From Candidatus Micrarchaeota archaeon (GTDB lineage Archaea; Micrarchaeota; Micrarchaeia; Anstonellales; J096): 64,000 bases of DNA. Positions 9,158 through 18,791 of the stretch are shown one piece after another. The stretch is from the NCBI GenBank assembly GCA_015523325.1, contig WAKO01000015.1, forward strand, positions 9,812-73,811, read 5' to 3'. A model generated the notes under the pieces. The model did no database searches and had not been told where the DNA came from. It saw nothing but the letters and a program-made list of their open reading frames with translations. Both the position numbers and the translations under genes were made by a program. Position 1 is the stretch's first letter. Each line of letters opens with the position of its first letter.

Positions 9158-12100
9158 TTAATTCACTTGAGGAAATGGATTGTAGGAGGAGCAAGCTTCT
9201 TGGGAAGGACAAGATGGATTTTGTCCCGGGCAATTTTGGCAAGGAAGCCTGTAAACATATCCAAAACAACAACTGTAGGTTTTTGTTTGTCCTCCAATAT
9301 TGAATGTCCAATACTTTGTGAATGAATACTTGCAAGTTAAAGTACAAGGTTGAACTTCATAGAGAGTGTTAACCAAATCAGCACATCCCTGAGGAGAAAG
9401 TGAAAATCCAGAAGCAACAACTTGCACTCCAGGGGTGGAGGTTATTGAAGAGAGTTCTGCATTACAATCAACAGGAGTTTCATCACAATAATCTCCTATT
9501 CCATCTCCATCCAAATCGCTTTGAGAAGGGTTTGGGATGTTAGGGCAATTATCTTGCTCATCTCCTATTCCATCTCCATCCAAATCATTTGGAAGAGGTT
9601 GGTCCCCTTGGCCATCTTGGCCATCTCCATCTCCTACTTGGTCTTTAGGGAAAACTTCTAATATATAGGAGCACTTTCCCTCTCCTTCATAAAAGCTTGC
9701 CTCATACATATCATTCTTGAACTTTATTTTTGACCTAACCTCTAAAATATCTGCAAAGTCCTTTGGTATAGAAGCGATAGGGTTTCCTTGGTTATCATTT
9801 ACATCAATAGCATCTCCAACTTGGCTTAAGTCAACTTTGACAGAAGAGGTAGAGGTAGGAGTTACCACATTTAATGTTATCTCTTTACATTCATCTTTAG
9901 GAGTTTCAGGAGTTTTTGGAACATTATCCTCTGGTATTGATTCATCCTCTATACAAGCATCTTTAATTCCCTTTTTCCAAGATTCAACTACTTTGGAAAG
10001 AGAATAAGAGCAAGGGAAGTTTCCAAGCTTATTCCTAATATAGTCTATGGACGCATCAGAAGGCTTTTTACAGAGCTCTTTTGGAATATACATCGTTCCT
10101 TTCAAATTAATATCGTATTGCCCAAGGAAAAACTTAATTAAATCAGAAGGAGAAAATCCAAGATCAATAGAAGGAGCCATCTTACTTATCAAATCCCTAA
10201 CTTCTTCTCTTCCCAATATTTCAAAAGCGCTCTCCAAAGTTTGCTCTAACTTACCAGAGGTCACAAATTCATACCCTTGTTTAATCTTTTCAACATCAAC
10301 CAAGGAAGCTGCCTTTGTTAGGAGATTTGCTGCAGTTACAGCAGTAAAGAATTTTCTTATTGCATTTATAGGGCTAGTCATTATCTTTATTACATTTAAG
10401 GAAAACCTCTCAAAATCAGCATAGGAAATTGTAAAATCAAAATCTATTTTATCAGCGACTATATAATAGGAGTAAATCCTAGTTATCTTTGGCTGAACTT
10501 CAAACCACTCACAACAATTCTCAAGGTCTGCTAAAGGAATTCCTTTCAAATACTTCTTGCCATAAGTGGTTTTTGTTTCTGTTTTTGAGGTTGGAATTGT
10601 TACTTCCTCAAGTGTTGCTCCTTCCCCCTTCAAAGCTCTCTCCTTGAGAGAAGAAGGAGATAAGCTCTTTAGTAAATACCACATAAAGTATTTTAACCCT
10701 CCCCCTCCTTGTGCTTTTATTTCATTCCACTTCTCTAGGTTTGATTTTTCCAAATCATCTAAAAATTCTTTTGCTTTTGTTCCTTCCAAAGCTGTTTCTG
10801 CTATAGGCTTTAGGGGAATACATTCTCCTTTCCCAGGATAGTCCTCAAGCCCATCCTCTACATCCTTACACTCATTTACAGCCTTTCTCCTACAATCTGC
10901 AACTGAACTCGCGTAGGAATTTTTTGCTTCCTCAAGAAGGTTTTTGTATTCATCATAAAGTTGTTGGTACTCTTTATAAACAGCATTCCATTCTTCAAGC
11001 AATTCTTGCTTTTTAGAGCCTTTTGCTTTGTTATAAGCCTCATAGAGATCATTGAGGCGGGTAGCTTTATTCAAGACATTGTCATTATAGAAGTTTGCTG
11101 CATCTCTGTCTTTTTTACAGTAATCACTTTGTTGCATACAACTCCTACAATTGCTTTCAGCACACCTACTCCACTTACTTGAACTTCCATAACCACAATT
11201 AACAACACATTTTGGAGTTAAGGCTCTTGCATCAACCTTTTTAGGAGTTAAAAGTCCTCCTTGGCCTTCTCCATCTCCTTGTCCTTCTCCATCAGGTTGT
11301 GGTGGCTGTGGAGGTTGAGGGGAAGGTGGGAAAGGTGGAAAAGGAGGTAATGGTTCTCCATCAGTAGGGGGATCAATTACAGGTGGAGGGAAAAACTCTT
11401 CATCAATTAAGGATGTTACTTCTTCCTTAAGATAATAATCTTCAGTCTCTCCTATATCAAATAAACCTCTTCCATCATAATTTTCAATAGGTTCTCCAGT
11501 TAAAGTAATTCTTATCCACCTTTCCTTTGGAAAATCTATAGGAGGGGCAAAGTAATAAACCTCTCCTTTAGGAATCTCTAATTCATAATTCCTGACAACC
11601 CAATCATCCTCTCCCCAAACTCTACAGCCATCGCTTTGGTTTAAATCAATTAATATGTTTAAGTAAAGCTTTCCATCCCAGTCCTTATTAGTTATTATTA
11701 TAATTCCATCTCTAAACCCATCATCCAAATCCCTATCAGTTATATTAGCGTCTTTCTCAACATCAACCGTATATCCAAGGAATGCTTTTGAAACATCCTT
11801 ATGCCTAGCTCCATTAGAAGAGAGTAGAGAAGGAAATCCACATTCCTCTTCAGAAGGAATCTCCAAAGCATCTCCAAAGTCAAGAAGGTTTTGAGGAATA
11901 GTTCCTTTCTTTAAATTAATCCTATAAAGCTTAACTTGCTTAGGAGGTTCTTCAAAAACCTCCCCTTCTTGTGCTTTTTCATAAAATGAGATTGCATACT
12001 GCCTTAAGTATTCTAAATCATTCTCCAAAAAGCAACCATAAAATGCTTTTGGAGTTACTCCAAATTTAGAAAGGTCTGAAAAGAGGGAACTTGCCCTTCT

Positions 12101-12505
12101 AATTCCTAACTCCTCCAAGGGATCATTTCTTTTGGAGTAAAGATCTTCTAAAAATAAAGAGAGAGAAACATTTAGAATTCCTTCATCATCATTTAAAGAG
12201 GTGAAGTAGAAGAGGTTTAAGAAGTTTTGGTAGAATTGCTTTGCTTGTTCTTCACTTTCTTGAGAAGTTCCTAAGCAATAATAAGAAGATAGTTCAGGAG
12301 GGACCACTCCTTCTTTATAAAAAACTGTCTTTTCCTCCAAATTTAATTCAATTACACTTAAGTTGGCTTCCCTCAATTTTTCTTCTATTTGAGCTTTATC
12401 AACTTGAGGCAAATTAAGCATTTCCATTAAATCTGGAGAAAGACAACCATAAGAGAATAAAAAGAAGGAAAAGGCTAGTAATAAGATTAGCCTTGCTTTA
12501 CCCAT
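9158..12505 (-). CDS. Large secreted or lipobox-like surface protein with a Pro-rich linker and thrombospondin type-3 Ca-binding repeats
   Basis: 1115 aa. N-terminus MGKARLILLLAFSFFLFSYGC, linker PPFPPFPPSPQPPQPPQPDGEGQGDGEGQGG, and C-terminal DLDGDGIGDEQDNCPNIPNPSQSDLDGDGIGDYCD (TSP3 consensus). Confidence 0.8.
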   Translation of the reverse strand: MGKARLILLLAFSFFLFSYGCLSPDLMEMLNLPQVDKAQIEEKLREANLSVIELNLEEKTVFYKEGVVPPELSSYYCLGTSQESEEQAKQFYQNFLNLFYFTSLNDDEGILNVSLSLFLEDLYSKRNDPLEELGIRRASSLFSDLSKFGVTPKAFYGCFLENDLEYLRQYAISFYEKAQEGEVFEEPPKQVKLYRINLKKGTIPQNLLDFGDALEIPSEEECGFPSLLSSNGARHKDVSKAFLGYTVDVEKDANITDRDLDDGFRDGIIIITNKDWDGKLYLNILIDLNQSDGCRVWGEDDWVVRNYELEIPKGEVYYFAPPIDFPKERWIRITLTGEPIENYDGRGLFDIGETEDYYLKEEVTSLIDEEFFPPPVIDPPTDGEPLPPFPPFPPSPQPPQPPQPDGEGQGDGEGQGGLLTPKKVDARALTPKCVVNCGYGSSSKWSRCAESNCRSCMQQSDYCKKDRDAANFYNDNVLNKATRLNDLYEAYNKAKGSKKQELLEEWNAVYKEYQQLYDEYKNLLEEAKNSYASSVADCRRKAVNECKDVEDGLEDYPGKGECIPLKPIAETALEGTKAKEFLDDLEKSNLEKWNEIKAQGGGGLKYFMWYLLKSLSPSSLKERALKGEGATLEEVTIPTSKTETKTTYGKKYLKGIPLADLENCCEWFEVQPKITRIYSYYIVADKIDFDFTISYADFERFSLNVIKIMTSPINAIRKFFTAVTAANLLTKAASLVDVEKIKQGYEFVTSGKLEQTLESAFEILGREEVRDLISKMAPSIDLGFSPSDLIKFFLGQYDINLKGTMYIPKELCKKPSDASIDYIRNKLGNFPCSYSLSKVVESWKKGIKDACIEDESIPEDNVPKTPETPKDECKEITLNVVTPTSTSSVKVDLSQVGDAIDVNDNQGNPIASIPKDFADILEVRSKIKFKNDMYEASFYEGEGKCSYILEVFPKDQVGDGDGQDGQGDQPLPNDLDGDGIGDEQDNCPNIPNPSQSDLDGDGIGDYCDETPVDCNAELSSITSTPGVQVVASGFSLSPQGCADLVNTLYEVQPCTLTCKYSFTKYWTFNIGGQTKTYSCCFGYVYRLPCQNCPGQNPSCPSQEACSSYNPFPQVN
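9492..9586 (-). repeat. Two perfect 26-nt direct repeats encoding DLDGDGIGD (TSP3 repeat cores)
   Basis: tctcctattccatctccatccaaatc occurs at 9492-9517 and again at 9561-9586. Confidence 0.9.
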
Positions 12506-12618
12506 GGTTTAATTAACACAAGAAAGTTTATAAAATTAAGTATTATTGAGCCGTGCTGGCTTTAAGTTGAGTAGGTTGAATAGGAAAAGTTAAATAATGT
12601 TTTGAAAAATAGAAAATT

Positions 12619-13386
12619 ATGGGTATGTTTAAGGATGGGAATAGAATAAAAGAGGAGAATAAAGAAAATGAAAGGATAAAAAGGATAAGAAAAATATTTA
12701 GAAGGGTTAATTCTTTTCTGCCCTTAATAAGCTATCCAAAAGAATCCATAAAAATAAGAAGGAAATTTGGCCTTGAAATAAAGCTTAAAGACCTTCTAAA
12801 ATATTCTGTTTATTTAAGCGTTTTTTCAGCTCTAATTGGGATAAAAACTAAAACGTTGAAAAGAATGTGTAAATGGTATGCTTTGGCAGATGCTTATGAC
12901 GATATTTTGGATGTTAAAGGAGAGGAAAACTTTCATAAAATATTTTTAGAAGAAATATTGAATGGAGAGGAGAATAAGAGAGTAAGAGAAGCTTTTATAG
13001 ATTTTATTAGAGAGGAAAGCAAAGATCAAAAAAATTATTATGAAGAAGTTGGGAGAGTTGTAAAGAGTACTTTTCCTTTGTGTAACGCTTTTTTAGAAGA
13101 GATTGGTAGGAAAGAGTTAAAAAGAGGGTTTTTTTATGGGGTCGTTTCAATAAACTTATGTGATTGCGTTGTTGATTATGAAGAGGATAAATTAAATAAT
13201 AGTAAAAACACAATTCTATTCCTTGAGGATAAAGGGTTGAGCAGAGAGAAGGCTTTGGATAAGGTTATGTTAACTATTGAGTCCTCAATAAATTTAATTA
13301 ATTACAGACCACTAAAAATTATGGCTTCTCTATATTATTTTAGAGCCTCTATAAAGGCAAAAAAGCTTAAAACGAATAAAGTGTAA
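12619..13386 (+). CDS. Hypothetical protein with Asp-rich motifs faintly reminiscent of class I isoprenoid synthases
   Basis: 255 aa containing YALADAYDDILD and later VVDYEEDKLNNS. The resemblance is weak and no family was recognised. Confidence 0.5.
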   Translation: MGMFKDGNRIKEENKENERIKRIRKIFRRVNSFLPLISYPKESIKIRRKFGLEIKLKDLLKYSVYLSVFSALIGIKTKTLKRMCKWYALADAYDDILDVKGEENFHKIFLEEILNGEENKRVREAFIDFIREESKDQKNYYEEVGRVVKSTFPLCNAFLEEIGRKELKRGFFYGVVSINLCDCVVDYEEDKLNNSKNTILFLEDKGLSREKALDKVMLTIESSINLINYRPLKIMASLYYFRASIKAKKLKTNKV

Positions 13387-13411
13387 TAACTAAAATAACA
13401 CAAAAAGAGGA

Positions 13412-15592
13412 ATGGGTGGGATGAGAGAAAAAGAAAAATTATTAAGAAAGATTAAACAAAAGAAAAATAATATCTTAAGCTTTGGTAAGTACTTGCTAAT
13501 CTCTCCTCTAATACTAAACCCTAGCTTAGCTAAAGAAAATTTAATGGATATTGGAGATGCTAACAGAGTGGAAATTAAGGAAATTAGTGGAGAAATTGAA
13601 ACTAAAAGAGATTCATTAAAAAAAGTTGATTTTTCAAACTCTTTGGAAAGGATTTATTTAGATTTAATAAAAAGAGAAACCATCAAGGAATTAATAGAGA
13701 GCGTTCCCCTTCCTTTATATTATACACTTACAATAAGACTTTATGAGTATTTTTATCCACATTTTGAAGATGTTATTTATAGGAGTATTCCGCATAGTGA
13801 AATTGACTCTTGGCCTGTTAGGGTTCCAGAATCAACAGGAGTTTTTGGAATGACAAAAAGGATTGTGAGAGCTGCAAAAAAGGAAAGGGAAAGGCCTAGG
13901 CATAGTGTGGAGGTTAAAAAAATAAGAAGAGAATGGATGTATGCAAAAGATAATGAGCAAGCAGCATTCAACCACCTTAAGAAAATTGCTAAAGTAAACG
14001 CAAAAGGAAACTATAAGAAGTTTGTAGATTACTTGCTTTATCTTTATTTGCACACAGGAGATATCTTAACTCCATGGGGGGCTGTTAAAAGAGCTAGGAC
14101 AGGGTTTGTATTGGGTAGTGGATTAACTCCTGTAGGAGGGAAGTTAGTTGATTTTGATAAGAGAATTGTTGGGTTGGTTGCATCTCTTTCTGATGATTTG
14201 AGCTTACTAGAGAATGGAGAAGCATATGTATCAAGAGAAATGGCAAGAGCAATAAGATCACACTATAAATACTATTTAGAGGATATTTATGATAGGGTTG
14301 AAGGAAGGAGATTTGAGGGTTACCTGACTAAATCACTAAATGAGGAAGAGTGGAATAGAGTTGTGGAAGCTTATAGGAGATGGGAGAAAGGAAAGATTTA
14401 TTATCTTGGTGGCCCAAGAGATTTAGAGTTAGACTATATTAGAAAAAACATGGGATTGGCTATTGCTTCTCAATTAACAGAAAGATTATCTTCAAAAAAA
14501 GGAAAAGAGCTTTTTGATTATTTTGTAAAAACAAAGAGGAAAGAGATATGGATAATGCCTCAAAAAGACATTACTTTAGATTTAGTTCCAAAAAGTTGGG
14601 TTTCTGGGCTTTATGTTGAATATGCTTTATCAAACACAGGAAGATGGAGAAAAGAGATGGGAGAGCATATACTAAATAATCTATTTGAAAAGTTTAAGAG
14701 AGCTCTTGAGAATAACTTGAAAAAAGAGGAGATAGAGGTTGAGGTTTATAGGAAAGGAAAGGAGTTTTTTGAAGAAAACGAAATAAGAAGTGAATTTGAA
14801 GTTAATGGAGAAAGGTTTGGAGCTCATATAAGGCAATGGTTAGAGTATTTTATAAGAAAAAGAAATGGAGAGAGCTTTAGTTTAGAAGAATACAAAAAAA
14901 TAATTGAGATAGCAACAGCAACAGAGGCTTATTTTATAACTACGCAATTTAAATTATCTGATAAAATAACTTTGTTTTATACAATAAACAAAAGCGATTT
15001 GGTAGACACAATAAATGTTCAAAATATCCCAAACCTTGGGAGAGTAAAAAAACCTAGAGTTAAAGACGTATACTATTTGGAACAAGAAGAGAAAAGAATG
15101 ATGTTAATGGTAATAGACCAACCAATACAAGGAATTATCCATGATTTTTCAATAAAAACAGAAAAAGGAGAGTATTATGGAATTATTAAATTTACAAGGT
15201 TTGGAGCTTTAAATCATGGAGTTTATCTCTTAATTTATAAGGATGGAAAACCTTTTGCAAGCTTTTCAAAAGAATTGCCATCAGACCTAATAATTTATGG
15301 TTGGACAGTATTGGATAAGAAAACTCCTGATATAGTTGGAGAAGTTATTAGTTCAACAGCTTCCTTTAAACCTTATCTTGAAATTGGGTATGATATTAGG
15401 GAGGAGGAAGGAGTTATCCTAGATTTATTTTTTGGAATAGATATTAAAGAGGAACCAACTAGAAGACGTGAAACAATTTTAAGGAGAGGAGAGGAAATAC
15501 CAAAGAGGGGGCTAGCTATTAGGTTTGAGATAGATAGGTTTGGAAATAAAATAAAGACGGAGGAGCCGTATTTATATGAATGGGAAGAATGA
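13412..15592 (+). CDS. Large hypothetical protein (726 aa), no recognisable domain
   Basis: Long ORF with coding-like composition, an N-terminal hydrophobic stretch (YLLISPLILNPSLA), and KE-rich sequence. Confidence 0.65.
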   Translation: MGGMREKEKLLRKIKQKKNNILSFGKYLLISPLILNPSLAKENLMDIGDANRVEIKEISGEIETKRDSLKKVDFSNSLERIYLDLIKRETIKELIESVPLPLYYTLTIRLYEYFYPHFEDVIYRSIPHSEIDSWPVRVPESTGVFGMTKRIVRAAKKERERPRHSVEVKKIRREWMYAKDNEQAAFNHLKKIAKVNAKGNYKKFVDYLLYLYLHTGDILTPWGAVKRARTGFVLGSGLTPVGGKLVDFDKRIVGLVASLSDDLSLLENGEAYVSREMARAIRSHYKYYLEDIYDRVEGRRFEGYLTKSLNEEEWNRVVEAYRRWEKGKIYYLGGPRDLELDYIRKNMGLAIASQLTERLSSKKGKELFDYFVKTKRKEIWIMPQKDITLDLVPKSWVSGLYVEYALSNTGRWRKEMGEHILNNLFEKFKRALENNLKKEEIEVEVYRKGKEFFEENEIRSEFEVNGERFGAHIRQWLEYFIRKRNGESFSLEEYKKIIEIATATEAYFITTQFKLSDKITLFYTINKSDLVDTINVQNIPNLGRVKKPRVKDVYYLEQEEKRMMLMVIDQPIQGIIHDFSIKTEKGEYYGIIKFTRFGALNHGVYLLIYKDGKPFASFSKELPSDLIIYGWTVLDKKTPDIVGEVISSTASFKPYLEIGYDIREEEGVILDLFFGIDIKEEPTRRRETILRRGEEIPKRGLAIRFEIDRFGNKIKTEEPYLYEWEE

Positions 15593-16010
15593 AGAAGAAA
15601 GGATAAAGTTTAAGGAAAAAATGCTAGAAGAGTTTGAGAGGTTTATTGATTTTTATTTAAAAGAAGAGGAATATTGTCCTTGGGTAAATGAAATAGGGAT
15701 AGAAGAGCTATTAGATAGGATAAAAGGAGAGTTGGAGGAAGTTAAAGAGGAAATTGAAAAGGGAGAGAAAGAGAAGCTTATTGAAGAAGTAGGGGATGTA
15801 TTTAGAGGTTCATTTTTGCTTTTAGTTAAATCCTCCTATAACATAGGGGAAAATCCACACATAGTAATAAAAAGAGTCTTAGAAAAAATAAAGAGGAGAA
15901 AACCTTGGGTTATTGAAGAGAGAAAAGTTTCCCTCAAAGAATCATTGGAGATATGGCAACAAAAAAAGGAGGAGGAAAAAAATTTTAGGGGAAATTCTAA
16001 GAAAGAATGA
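15576..16010 (+). CDS. MazG-like nucleoside triphosphate pyrophosphohydrolase
   Basis: 144 aa. LLDRIKGELEEVKEEIEKGEKEKLIEEVGDVF matches the MazG ExxE...ExxD helix pair. It overlaps the upstream gene by 17 nt. Confidence 0.55.
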   Translation: MNGKNEEERIKFKEKMLEEFERFIDFYLKEEEYCPWVNEIGIEELLDRIKGELEEVKEEIEKGEKEKLIEEVGDVFRGSFLLLVKSSYNIGENPHIVIKRVLEKIKRRKPWVIEERKVSLKESLEIWQQKKEEEKNFRGNSKKE

Positions 16011-17013
16011 GGTCTTTAGCTGCTTTAACAGAATTGAACCTATTAGCCCATTTAGAAAATGACTTTATGAAGTCTTCAAAAAAGTTTAACTCTTCAATAG
16101 CTCTCTCTATAATTAGAGGAGAAAGATGATCTCTTGGGAGGTACTTTCCAACCTTTAGTTTCTCTACTCCTTTTGCGTTGTTTATCCTCTCAACATGGTT
16201 TGGAGAAGGAGAAACTAAGAGAGGAACTCCTAAAAGAATTGCTTCCATTATTGTTGAATGTCCTCCATGAGTTAAAATCCAAGAGGAGTTTTTGTAGTAA
16301 TCTCTTATGTTTTTTTTCCTTACTAAGGAACCTTTAGAGATGTATTTGTTAACAACTTTATAGCTTAAATTTGAAAGATCCTCTAAGAAAGAGTAATCTT
16401 TATCCAAAGCTCCAAGAGACAAAACTCCATAACTCTCCTTTAATTTTTTTGAAGAAGTTGGTGGAGAAACTAGAGGACCTATGAATTCCATGTTCTCAAA
16501 ATCCCTCAAGTTTTCAAAAGAAACTGTATAGGGAGGAGGGAAATCACAAACTAAGATTTTATCAATGCCAGTAAGCAACTTCTCCACAAGTCTATCAACA
16601 ACCTTCTTATTATTTTTAAAGAATATGCTCAAATCAGTGTTATTTGTTATAAAAAAGCATTCTTTTTTATAAATCTTAGAGAGCAAAAGTCCTAATAAAG
16701 AGGAGTCAACAACAACTTTATTTGCTTCTTTGGTTAGAGAAGAGGTTAACTTAAAACTGGTTACATCAAACTGCTTTAATAAAGAAGAGATAGTGTCAAA
16801 AAAATCCAACTCTTTTTCATTAAACTTAAGGAGATAAGGTCTTTTAATCTCAATAAGTTTAGCTTCTTCATAAATCTTCTCTTCTCTCAAAAACTTTATT
16901 CCCTCTCCAAAGCTAACAACTACCAATTCCTCTTCCTTTGATAGCTCTTTTATCAATTTTATGCTCCTAGCGGCATGCCCAAACCCCGTTCCTTCAACAA
17001 AAAAAAGTATCAT
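15997..17013 (-). CDS. Glycosyltransferase, GT-B fold (GT1/GT28-like)
   Basis: 338 aa. N-terminus MILFFVEGTGFGHAARS and C-terminal THGGHSTIMEAILLGVPLLVSP, a typical UDP-sugar GT-B signature. Confidence 0.72.
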   Translation of the reverse strand: MILFFVEGTGFGHAARSIKLIKELSKEEELVVVSFGEGIKFLREEKIYEEAKLIEIKRPYLLKFNEKELDFFDTISSLLKQFDVTSFKLTSSLTKEANKVVVDSSLLGLLLSKIYKKECFFITNNTDLSIFFKNNKKVVDRLVEKLLTGIDKILVCDFPPPYTVSFENLRDFENMEFIGPLVSPPTSSKKLKESYGVLSLGALDKDYSFLEDLSNLSYKVVNKYISKGSLVRKKNIRDYYKNSSWILTHGGHSTIMEAILLGVPLLVSPSPNHVERINNAKGVEKLKVGKYLPRDHLSPLIIERAIEELNFFEDFIKSFSKWANRFNSVKAAKDLILS

Positions 17014-17066
17014 AGACTTTTAAGATCAACAAATTTTTAAAAATCTCCATACTCTCTAAGAAGATT

Positions 17067-17975
17067 ATGGTTTTAGTTAGAGAATCAAAAAACCCTATTT
17101 TTAAACCTAAGTTTGAATGGGAAAAGAGAGGGGTTTTCAATCCTTCCATTTTTTATGATGGAGAAGTAATTCACATGCTTTATAGAGGTGTTGATGAAAG
17201 AGGGGTTTCAAGGATAGGATATGCTTATAGCAAGGATGGAATACATTTCAATAGGCTAGAAAAACCAATATTAGAGCCTTCCACCAAATTTGATGCCTTT
17301 GGGTGTGAGGATCCAAGGCTAACTTATATTGAGGAGGAAAAATTATTTTACTTAACATATGTTGGGATAGATAATGAGAGGTTTGATGCTCCAAAAACAG
17401 CTTTGGCTAAAGGAAGGAGTTTTCTAGCTCTAAAAAAAGAAGGAATTATAAGTGGGGCTTACAACAAGGATGTAATAATATTTCCAAAGAAAATTAAAGA
17501 GAAATATGTTGTTTTGCATAGGCCTTATCACTACATAGAAAAGCCTAGCATAAGGATAAGCTTTCAGTCCTCTCTAAAAAAAATAGAAGAAGGGGAAGAA
17601 CTAATAAAAACAAAGGAAGAGAAAGTTGGGAGTGGATTTGTAGTAGAGCTAGAGGATTATTGGTTGTTAATTTATCATGAGGTTATAGGAGACTTTAATA
17701 AAAATAATCCAAGAGGGATAAAATATGTTGGAAAAGCTGCTTTACTTGAAAAAGACAATCCTAAGAAAGTTGTTGGAATTTCCCCTCCTATACTAACCCC
17801 AAAGGAAAAGTATGAGTTAGAAGGAATAATCCATAGCGTAGTTTTTCCTTCAGGAGGGTTCATAAAAAACAACATGTTACACGTTTATTATGGGGCTGCT
17901 GATTATTGTGTTGGACTTGCAAGGATTGAAGTGGATAAGCTTATAAAAGTAATTGAAGGAGATAAAAAAGAGTAA
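17067..17975 (+). CDS. GH130-family glycoside hydrolase/phosphorylase (DUF377-like beta-propeller)
   Basis: 302 aa with NPIFKP..WEKRGVFNPS..IHMLYRGVD..SRIGYAYSKDGIHF and FGCEDPRLTYIE. Confidence 0.75.
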   Translation: MVLVRESKNPIFKPKFEWEKRGVFNPSIFYDGEVIHMLYRGVDERGVSRIGYAYSKDGIHFNRLEKPILEPSTKFDAFGCEDPRLTYIEEEKLFYLTYVGIDNERFDAPKTALAKGRSFLALKKEGIISGAYNKDVIIFPKKIKEKYVVLHRPYHYIEKPSIRISFQSSLKKIEEGEELIKTKEEKVGSGFVVELEDYWLLIYHEVIGDFNKNNPRGIKYVGKAALLEKDNPKKVVGISPPILTPKEKYELEGIIHSVVFPSGGFIKNNMLHVYYGAADYCVGLARIEVDKLIKVIEGDKKE

Positions 17976-18001
17976 AAAACAAAAAGCTTAGAGGTATAAA
18001 A

Positions 18002-18580
18002 TTATTCAACCTTAATTTCTTTTCCTTTTTCTGTTTCTTTTTTCTTAACCTTTAACCTTACTTCTAAAACCCCGTTGTTGTAATTAGCCTTTATTTTATC
18101 CTCTTCAACCTCTGAAGGAAGGTTAATCTTTTTATAGTACTTTCTCTCTGGAGTATTGACTTTTATCTCTAGCTTATCCTTATAAGCTATTAATTTTATG
18201 TCCTCTTTTTTAACTCCGGGAACTTCTGCAATTATTAAGAGTTCATCTCCATGCTCTTGAACCTCTACCAATGGCTCTCTCACTCCAATTAGCTCTTCCT
18301 TTCCCTCTTCTATTGCCTCTATAGAAGGCTTTATGTTACCAAATTCCTTTATTATTGGCTTTCCATCTTTTCCAATCCTTATGCTTAATCCATAAACCTT
18401 TGCTTTTGGGTCTTTAACCAGCTTTTGAATATGCTCCTCATCAAAACTCATTAAATCTCTCATTAAATCCCTAAATATTTGCCTTATATCTCTAAAGTAA
18501 TCCTCAAAATAATCCTCCAACCCTAAGAAGAAATCATAATCATCATAATCCTTTTTCTTCCTATTTTTGTTTCCTTCCAT
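18002..18580 (-). CDS. hsp20: Small heat-shock protein (Hsp20/alpha-crystallin)
   Basis: 192 aa. The alpha-crystallin domain reads DELLIIAEVPGVKKEDIKL...INLPSEVEEDKIKANYNNGVLEVRL. Confidence 0.88.
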   Translation of the reverse strand: MEGNKNRKKKDYDDYDFFLGLEDYFEDYFRDIRQIFRDLMRDLMSFDEEHIQKLVKDPKAKVYGLSIRIGKDGKPIIKEFGNIKPSIEAIEEGKEELIGVREPLVEVQEHGDELLIIAEVPGVKKEDIKLIAYKDKLEIKVNTPERKYYKKINLPSEVEEDKIKANYNNGVLEVRLKVKKKETEKGKEIKVE

Positions 18581-18791
18581 AATTACACCTCCTTTCTTAA
18601 AACTTCAGAACTAAGTTTCTATAATATTTTGTTGTTTTAGGGGTTTTAATAACTTTCTTAAAATTTAAGGAGAATATAGGGATAAGTTTGGAATTTTTTA
18701 CCTAATAAACGCTATTTTTGTTGAAAAATTAATAAAAAATACGCTTTTTTCTGGATAAGAGTTAAATAAAAGGAAAAATGTAGCATTTTTT

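Noticed and set aside
9153-9347. 64-aa ORF overlapping the 3' end of the 1115-aa gene on the same strand
   Set aside because: It is an alternative frame of the Cys-rich C-terminus of the long ORF, with no independent support.
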